A stretch of 42,284 nucleotides of DNA from Candidatus Stahliibacteriota bacterium CG08_land_8_20_14_0_20_40_26 (GTDB lineage: Bacteria > Hydrothermota > UBA3073). Shown piece by piece: positions 36,164 through 42,284 of the stretch; the stretch's first letter is position 1; each line of letters opens with the position of its first letter. Below the pieces are notes generated by a model. The model searched no databases and was not told the DNA's origin. It was given only the letters and a program-made list of their open reading frames with translations. Where the stretch lies: the NCBI GenBank assembly GCA_002774315.1, contig PEYP01000026.1, forward strand, positions 1-42,284, in the 5' to 3' direction. A program made the position numbers and the translations under genes.

Positions 36164-36892
36164 ATGTCAGATTTTGATGATGCATTCGGACATGGGTTGT
36201 ATGATTATTTAAAAGGCAAGGGTCAGTCTATCATCATAGAAAGAGATGACGGCCTCATAGAGGCGGGAAGAATCGCAGGATATTTTGCAGAATATCTTGA
36301 CTGGCCTGAACATGAAAAAAAAGCATTGAAATATACCAAGGGGAGGGTTCTTGACATAGGATGCGGTGTAGGAAGACATTCAATATATCTTCAAGAAAGA
36401 GGATTGGATGTATTAGGAACGGATATATCCCCACTGGCAATCAAGGCTTGTAAACTCAGAGGGTTGAAAAAGGCAAAAGTATTGCCAATCACACAAATCG
36501 GAAGAGATCTAGGTAAATTTGATACGATACTTATGCTTGGTAATAATTTTGGACTCTTTGCAAATAAGAAAAGAATAAAATGGCTCCTACAAAGGTTCTA
36601 TAACATCACCACAGAAAACGCACTCATAATAGCAGAAACAAGAGACCCATACAAAACAGACGAGTCTATACATCTGAAATACCACGAATCTAACTGAAAA
36701 AGAGGAAGAATGGCGGGTCAAATAAGGCTCAGAATACGATATAAAATCTACGCAGATCCATGGATTGACTATTTGATGGTATCTCAAGAAGAAATGAAGG
36801 CGATGCTTAACGATACCAGATGGTCAGTCAAGAAATTTATAGAATCAGATACGGCAATGTATATATCTGTTATTCAGAAGAAAGGCTACTAA
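36164..36892 (+). pseudogene. class I SAM-dependent methyltransferase interrupted by one in-frame TGA (36695-36697)
   Basis: ORFs 36164..36697 (VLDIGCGVGRHSIYL motif) and 36710..36892 are in the same frame. Only TGA separates them: ...KYHESN*KRGRMAGQIRLRIRYK.... Confidence 0.6.
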
Positions 36893-39800
36893 GCAGTATC
36901 TCCACCGCTCTCTTCAGTTGCTCGTCAGCGGGTTGTGTGTCCTCGTATGGTGGATTATATATACAGTAATCTGGAACAGCACCTCCTCCCTCCAGGTTCA
37001 CATCGTCATTTATCCTATACCATCCCCTTCCTGGAACCGTAAACACCGTCCCGTCCTTGAGAGTTTTCGTGCCAGTACTGATTACGCCTCCTTGCGTCCT
37101 GTTGCCAACGAGTTTACCTATGCCAAGCGTCTTATATGCATGGGCAAATATCTCGCCGTTACTTACTGTCTTCTCATTTATAAGTACTATAGAGGGCTTT
37201 GTCCATACATAGTAAGGCAATCTCTCGGATATGGGATAACCTGGTTTGTCTTCCCTTCTAACTGTATAAGAATGAACCCTTGTATCAAGCATCATCAGGA
37301 GATAGTCGGCGATCCACCCACCCGAATTGTCCCTCACATCGATAACGAGCCCGTCTTTTCCAAGTCCCTGTCTGTACACTTCCTGCTGGAATTTATCTAC
37401 AGATGCCCATCCCATATGTGGTATGTGGATATACCCCAATCTTCCGCTAGAGAATTCTTTCACCATATTCTTTTGCTCATCCACCCATTCCTCGTAAAGA
37501 CATTTGCCGATTTCGTCTATACCTGAAGGTCTTATCCGCACTTCTCTCTTTTTGCCTTTCCTATCCAGCACCCGCAATCTTACAAGTTCATCCGACTTGC
37601 CCTCCATAATTCTGTATATGTTATCCCTTCCAATATCTACATCATCTATACTTAATATGACATCTCCCTCATAGAGTCTACTCTCCTCCCTATCTGCTGG
37701 CGAGTTCTTTATCACCCTCTTAACTTTAACACCTCCTCCCTTGTAGTTATAGTCCCATACCACTCCAAGCATTCCTGTAGAAATGGGTAGCAATTCTGGA
37801 ACCTTGTATATACTGAGATGAGATGAGTTGAGTTCACCCAGCATAAGTCTTGTCACATTTCTGAACTCATATGGATGTTTCATTCTGAGCACCTGCTCCC
37901 TGTATTTATCATACATACTGTTCCAGTCAACCCCATGAAAATCCTCATCATAGAACTCGTTTCTAAGCGTCCTCCACACCTCACCGAACATCTGTTCTCT
38001 TTCGGCTTTTATATCTATCTTCTCTCTTATATCAAAATCTATCCCCTCTCCTTCCTTACCCCCCATATCTGTTCTTCTTATCTTCCCTTTAGAGAGGTAG
38101 TAGACCTTATTATCTTCTACCACCACCTGTTCAGGTTCCACACCTCCTGTAGTCAAAGGCTTCAGGTCACCGTTCTTCTTTCCTATAGTATAAAGGTCTG
38201 CCTTACCTGTGTGATTGCTCCTGAATATGAATCTCTCATTATCAGGGGATATGGAGAATATAATGGCATCTCCTGGCAGTTTTGTTCCTCTCCTTACCCT
38301 TTTGTCTATATCCTCAAAATCTATCTTTACACAAGGAATACTGTCTTTCTTTGTAATCAACTTTTCTCTCTTCCAGTCCTCTTCTGTCTTCTCATCATCC
38401 TCCTTTCGCAGGTATACCCACCATATATCGTATTCATCACCCTCCCTCTCCGATGAGAACGCAAGCATCCTCCCATCGCCCGACCATACAGGGCAGATAT
38501 CTGGATCGGGATGTTTCGATATGTTCCAGACCTCTTCTGTCTCAACATTCACTACATAGATATCATCTATATAATTCTCCCCCCTGTATGCTATCCATCT
38601 GCTATCAGGAGACCACTCATATTCGCCTACTCTCCATTCCTCAGACAGCAGTCTCTCTTTCTTTCTTTTAAGATCGTACACTATTAGTTTTCCCCGATTC
38701 CTTATAAATGCTATTTTCTTTCCGTCAGGTGAAACCTTAGGCGTATGTTCATCAAAGAATGTTGATATTATCTTCTCTTCCTTTAAAGATAAAGAAATAT
38801 CAAGCCTTTTCATGTCCTTGTCTGAACTTTTTATTCTGTATATATCATAATTCCCGTCTCTATCGGATGCGAAATACAGTACTTCTCCTTCTTCTACAAA
38901 CTCAAGGTCCATTGCCCTGGCAGAGCAATCAGTAATCCTTCTTGCCTTACCCCCTGAGGTATCTCCCACATATACATCCCCTCGTAGGATGAACGCCACC
39001 ACGCCATTTGATGTAGCAAATTCACTTATATCCTTACATTCTGTAAGCCACTCATCTTTCCATTCCTCCTCTATTACTTCTATCTCTATGTCCCTTACCT
39101 TAAGTGTACGGGTATCAAGCATGTAGAGGCCAAAACCTCTCTCAAATACAATTCTTTCACCTCTACCGTCTATTGCAGGGTATCTCACTCCATCGTCCTC
39201 AAAATATGTAAGTTGCTGAAGTTCACCCGTTGCAAAGGAATACCTATAAATATTGGAAGTGCCGTTTCTGTCAGAGAGAAAATACAGAATGCCCGAATCA
39301 CCCCACATTGGATAACCATCGTTGTGCTCCGTATGTTCTCCAAACAGAAGATAGACGCTGTCCCCCTCGGATATCCATATATCGCTTGAAGCAGAACCCC
39401 TATATCCCTTTCTCCACCAGGAGTAATATCCTCTTGTAAAGGCTATCATTTCATCCTTTGAAACACTGATATCAGACACAATAAACTCCAGAACAGGTCT
39501 TGGGTTACCCCCTGTAAGCCCTATCGTATATGGTACGGTGCCACGATGGGAGAGTTCTCTCTTTGAAGTAAAGAGTATATTGCCTGTTCTGGGATCCCAT
39601 CCCTGTAACATATCATCTCCCGTATAATAAGTAACCTGCTTAAGAAAACCGTTGTCAAGAGATATAGCATATACATCAAAATTTTTATTTCTGTCGCAGT
39701 TGAAGGCAATATATTTCCCGTCAGGCGACCACATAGGTCTGCAATTATACCCCTTGCTTGTAAATCTTACTGCTCTACCGCCGCTGTCTGGTACAACCCA

Positions 39801-39932
39801 TATATCACCCTCATATGAAAATGCAATTCTTTCCCCGTCTGGTGAGAGTGCTGGTGTTCTGGGAAATGAAACCTCACCAGAGAAAAGATATGTGGAAATA
39901 GATATCAAAACTGTAGCGATAATCCTTTTCAT
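36870..39932 (-). CDS. tricorn-protease-like S41 peptidase (beta-propellers, PDZ, S41 domain)
   Basis: 1020 aa with a signal peptide and TolB-like propeller repeats (SPDGERIAFSYEGDIWVV, SPDGKYIAF, SPDGKKIAF). It has a PDZ-like segment and a C-terminal S41 region (VIDVRDNSGG, NEKTVSNGEIFA). Confidence 0.85.
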   Translation of the reverse strand: MKRIIATVLISISTYLFSGEVSFPRTPALSPDGERIAFSYEGDIWVVPDSGGRAVRFTSKGYNCRPMWSPDGKYIAFNCDRNKNFDVYAISLDNGFLKQVTYYTGDDMLQGWDPRTGNILFTSKRELSHRGTVPYTIGLTGGNPRPVLEFIVSDISVSKDEMIAFTRGYYSWWRKGYRGSASSDIWISEGDSVYLLFGEHTEHNDGYPMWGDSGILYFLSDRNGTSNIYRYSFATGELQQLTYFEDDGVRYPAIDGRGERIVFERGFGLYMLDTRTLKVRDIEIEVIEEEWKDEWLTECKDISEFATSNGVVAFILRGDVYVGDTSGGKARRITDCSARAMDLEFVEEGEVLYFASDRDGNYDIYRIKSSDKDMKRLDISLSLKEEKIISTFFDEHTPKVSPDGKKIAFIRNRGKLIVYDLKRKKERLLSEEWRVGEYEWSPDSRWIAYRGENYIDDIYVVNVETEEVWNISKHPDPDICPVWSGDGRMLAFSSEREGDEYDIWWVYLRKEDDEKTEEDWKREKLITKKDSIPCVKIDFEDIDKRVRRGTKLPGDAIIFSISPDNERFIFRSNHTGKADLYTIGKKNGDLKPLTTGGVEPEQVVVEDNKVYYLSKGKIRRTDMGGKEGEGIDFDIREKIDIKAEREQMFGEVWRTLRNEFYDEDFHGVDWNSMYDKYREQVLRMKHPYEFRNVTRLMLGELNSSHLSIYKVPELLPISTGMLGVVWDYNYKGGGVKVKRVIKNSPADREESRLYEGDVILSIDDVDIGRDNIYRIMEGKSDELVRLRVLDRKGKKREVRIRPSGIDEIGKCLYEEWVDEQKNMVKEFSSGRLGYIHIPHMGWASVDKFQQEVYRQGLGKDGLVIDVRDNSGGWIADYLLMMLDTRVHSYTVRREDKPGYPISERLPYYVWTKPSIVLINEKTVSNGEIFAHAYKTLGIGKLVGNRTQGGVISTGTKTLKDGTVFTVPGRGWYRINDDVNLEGGGAVPDYCIYNPPYEDTQPADEQLKRAVEILLSSLSSE

Positions 39933-40053
39933 AAATCCCCCCGTAAAGCCAAATCAAAAATAGTAACACGGATTACAGTGATTTTTTTAACACGAATTAC
40001 ACGAAAAATGCGAACTACACAAATAAATTTTATTCGTGACAATTTGTATAATT

Positions 40054-40072
40054 CCTGCCTACCGCAGGCAGG
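40054..40072. repeat. REP-like palindrome
   Basis: CCTGCCTACCGCAGGCAGG. Confidence 0.75.
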
Positions 40073-40195
40073 CGTGGTATTTGTGTTCTTATAATCTTGT
40101 GTAATCTGTGTAATCCGTGGCTAAAGTTTTACATTTCAACCATCTGTGGCCTCTGCGTTCTCTGCGGTTAAGATACTACCATCTCTGTGGTTACA

Positions 40196-40224
40196 ATTTT
40201 ACCACACATTGCACTGTTTGTCAA
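40196..40224 (-). promoter_or_regulatory. sigma70-type promoter directed toward the tricorn-like gene
   Basis: On the reverse strand: TTGACA, 17 nt, TGgTAAAAT. Confidence 0.5.
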
Positions 40225-40250
40225 GAAAAAAGAGAAATCTAATAGGGATT

Positions 40251-40267
40251 GCCTGCCGGCAGGCAGG
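40251..40267. repeat. REP-like palindrome
   Basis: GCCTGCCGGCAGGCAGG. Confidence 0.75.
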
Positions 40268-40359
40268 AAAGAGAACTTATGAGACAAAAAATAAGAAACA
40301 AAAAAGAAGAATCTCTTCCAATGGATTCACTTCGTTCACCACAGGTCTCTTAAAATCCC

Positions 40360-40581
40360 TGTCAAGGAAAAAGTATCTGGCCACAGTGACTACCCATGTG
40401 GGGACAGGGCTCGTCCCTGTGCGAGATGGCGCAATTTACCACAAAGTTCACAAAGGACACAAAGTTTAAAAAATAAATAGCTTCTCTTTGTGTGCTTTGT
40501 GGTTTAAATAAAAAGAAATTCGTGCAATTTGTTAATTCCTGCCTACCGCAGGCAGGCGTGATATTCGTGTTTTATACTTTC
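40360..40581 (+). repeat. dispersed structured element, copy B
   Basis: See copy A. Here the distal hairpin module is replaced by CCTGCCTACCGCAGGCAGG (40538-40556). A third, partial copy of the distal part lies at about 40021-40100. Confidence 0.8.
40538..40556. repeat. REP-like palindrome
   Basis: CCTGCCTACCGCAGGCAGG. Confidence 0.75.
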
Positions 40582-40775
40582 ATAGTAGTATCAAGAAGAA
40601 AAAGAAGATTTTCGAAAGTCTCTTTCGATCTCTTTAAATCCATGTCAATGTATAGTTTCCTATACGATCAAGGAAATTTTATCGGCACTGTAAACAGTGC
40701 CCAACCAGCACGTTCGGGCACTCTGGTCGGTTACCCCCCGTCATAGGCGGGGGGTAACGAATATCAGTCTATTTC

Positions 40776-41138
40776 TCATTCCTCTTCTTTTCTGGCTGCA
40801 ATACGATACCAGATGACTAGCGCCACACCAACGAATGCGACAATTAATCCCCCACCCATAAACCACTCGGAGACATTGGCAACCAGCGTGAAGATAATCA
40901 GTGCCACTCCAATCCCAAGGCATACACACCCTCTTCGCAGACTATCCAGAGGCGTAGCTGGTTTAACGGCGGGTACGGGCTCTGGAGGGAGCTCAACCCC
41001 CTTTTCAATCGCCAACATCCTTTCCTTGCTCTTCTGCATTCGGACACGATACCAGAAATAGAGCGCCATTATCGGAATGAGCAGGCTCATAACAATGGCT
41101 ATTATGGGTATGAACAACCCAATAATAGCAACATCCAT
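40776..41138 (-). CDS. small multi-pass membrane protein of unknown function
   Basis: 120 aa with two or three hydrophobic helices separated by a Lys/Glu-rich linker. Confidence 0.5.
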   Translation of the reverse strand: MDVAIIGLFIPIIAIVMSLLIPIMALYFWYRVRMQKSKERMLAIEKGVELPPEPVPAVKPATPLDSLRRGCVCLGIGVALIIFTLVANVSEWFMGGGLIVAFVGVALVIWYRIAARKEEE

Positions 41139-41628
41139 CTTTCCTCCTTTGTTTTGTTAAGGTAATGTAAAAAATTAATCACAGAGATCAATAAATTAGT
41201 GAATTAGGTTAATTCAGTTAATTTAGTTAATTTGAATAGTCTACGCCTTAATCACTCAATTAACTTAATCTCTTAATCACTTTTCATCTGTGAACTCTTA
41301 CAAAATTAATCTCTTTATTCCATCTTTTAGCCTTTCTACATTGAAGTCTAGCGGTTAAAAACAGGGATTGGAAGAGAATTTAAGAGAAAAATAAAATCAC
41401 TGTGAAATTATCAAAGTCTTTATTTGGATTCAACCTGTTAAATAGTTACAAAATTAAATGCAAGTAATCACTCTTGGTAGTTTATTTAACAGGGGAACCA
41501 CAGAGTTCTATATCCTTTTTCTCTCAGCGTTTTCTGCGGCCTCTGCGGTTGCAACTCTATACTCTCTGTGGTTTCTTTCATCTCATTATACTTTGACTGA
41601 ATATTTTGGTAATTGTTTCAAAAAATTC

Positions 41629-41657
41629 TTGACTTTTAAAAAAATTTTTGTTATACT
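41629..41657 (+). promoter_or_regulatory. sigma70-type promoter for the ECF sigma operon
   Basis: TTGACT, 17 nt, TGtTATACT. Confidence 0.6.
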
Positions 41658-41702
41658 TGAAACAAAGGAGGAATTTGCTCGTCTTATAATTATGAATAAA
41701 GA

Positions 41703-42251
41703 ATAGATAAAGACTTCGTAATAAGACTGAAGAGTGGTGATAAACGGGCATTTGAGAAACTTCTCACCGAGTACAAGAATATGATTTATACAATAGTGAA
41801 CAGGATGGTATACAACAAAAATAAAGTTGATGATCTATTGGCGGATATATTTGTCAAGGTTTACCAGAATATTCAGCGGTTTGATGAGAGGTCCAAGCTC
41901 TCGACCTGGATGTACAGGATTGCCTACAATCACTGTCTGGATCACATCAGAAAGGCAAAAAGGGATTCACTCGAAGCCTACGAGCCGTTGGATAGTATGT
42001 TTGACCTCTCCAGCAACGGTCTTGATGCTGAGAAAATGGTATTGAAGGAAGAGAGAGAACAAGTTTTGTATGCCCTGGTTGATTCGATGCCCGAGAGATA
42101 TCGGATGGTGTTAAACTTTTATTATTTTGAGGGGATTTCGTACAACGATATAAGCGAAATTATGGGAATCCCAATGGGGACAGTGAAGACTTATCTTTTC
42201 AGGGCAAAGGCATGTTTGAGAGGAAAAATGAAAAAGATGGAGGTTTTATGA
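41703..42251 (+). CDS. ECF-type RNA polymerase sigma-70 factor (5' end unresolved)
   Basis: Region 2 (LSTWMYRIAYNHCLDHIRK) and region 4 (ISYNDISEIMGIPMGTVKTYLFRA) are present. The frame is open from 41700 and encodes conserved LKSGDKRAFEKLL upstream of the ORF-track ATG at 41781. There is no in-frame ATG upstream (see findings). Confidence 0.8.
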   Translation: MDKDFVIRLKSGDKRAFEKLLTEYKNMIYTIVNRMVYNKNKVDDLLADIFVKVYQNIQRFDERSKLSTWMYRIAYNHCLDHIRKAKRDSLEAYEPLDSMFDLSSNGLDAEKMVLKEEREQVLYALVDSMPERYRMVLNFYYFEGISYNDISEIMGIPMGTVKTYLFRAKACLRGKMKKMEVL

Positions 42252-42284
42252 ATAAATGTAGAGAATACAGGCGAATGATCGTTC
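42248..42284 (+). CDS. probable anti-sigma factor, N-terminal fragment (runs off the window)
   Basis: The ATG overlaps the sigma-factor stop (ATGA). MNKCREYRRMIV resembles the start of zf-HC2 anti-sigma factors. Only 12 codons are visible. Confidence 0.4.
   Translation, partial: MNKCREYRRMIV

Larger units (their letters stand above)
22777..36892 (+). mobile_element. putative integron-like gene-cassette array (no integrase in window)
   Basis: All ORFs are co-oriented and functionally unrelated. The spacers are filled by imperfect palindromes bounded by xCTAAC...GTTAGx. There is an ORF-less spacer, a TA module and several decayed genes. See findings. Confidence 0.45.

Noticed and set aside
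36695-36697. Genome-wide TGA recoding (code 4 or 25) to explain the in-frame TGA
   Set aside because: Several well-supported genes in the window end at TGA at the expected protein length (ddl at 6553-6555, the aspartic protease at 25156-25158, hicB at 31689-31691).
8571-40581. The two direct copies of the ~170-bp element as boundaries of a 32-kb genomic island
   Set aside because: The interval contains core genes (mutS, map, secDF, accA, mcsAB) with uniform organisation. A third partial copy exists, so the copies are better explained as dispersed repeats.
40146-40746. ORFs 40146..40469 and 40492..40746
   Set aside because: Both are composed of the dispersed repeat element, palindromes and word repeats. 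The same 'protein' segment would be encoded at 8581-8700, where no ORF exists. There is no RBS.

Overview
This 42.3-kb window comes from a bacterium that appears to be diderm (Lpt, LolA-like and T9SS-tail signals) and probably uncultivated. It has a housekeeping backbone: nadA, pdxA, ligA, pcm, ddl, thyX, tRNA-Ser, mcsAB, mutS, map, an IDH/IPMDH-family gene, secDF, lptA/C-like genes, accA, a tricorn-like protease and an ECF sigma/anti-sigma pair. A ~14-kb accessory block (about 22.8-36.9 kb) interrupts the backbone. All ORFs in that block are on the + strand and are functionally unrelated. They are separated by structured imperfect palindromes whose ends read xCTAAC...GTTAGx. I read this as an integron-like cassette array with no integrase visible in the window. 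Its cargo includes:
- an AIPR abortive-infection protein translationally linked to a retropepsin-like aspartic protease (the best candidate for a new defence pair);
- a stand-alone protein with a class III nucleotidyl-cyclase-like motif pattern;
- a TPR/zinc-ribbon protein;
- HicBA with its own consensus promoter, which truncates a VOC gene;
- several decayed genes: one with an in-frame TGA, an orphan T9SS tail, and a repeat inserted in-frame in a CDS.

The intergenic DNA is unusually rich in repeats. These include a CCTGCCTACCGGCAGGCAGG palindrome family that nests inside other repeats, a 208-bp element with perfect 28-bp terminal inverted repeats, and a near-identical ~170-bp structured element present twice. 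There are also word-like tandem repeats and at least ten near-perfect sigma70-type promoters with 17-nt spacers. All functional calls rest on motif recognition by eye. No database search was run.
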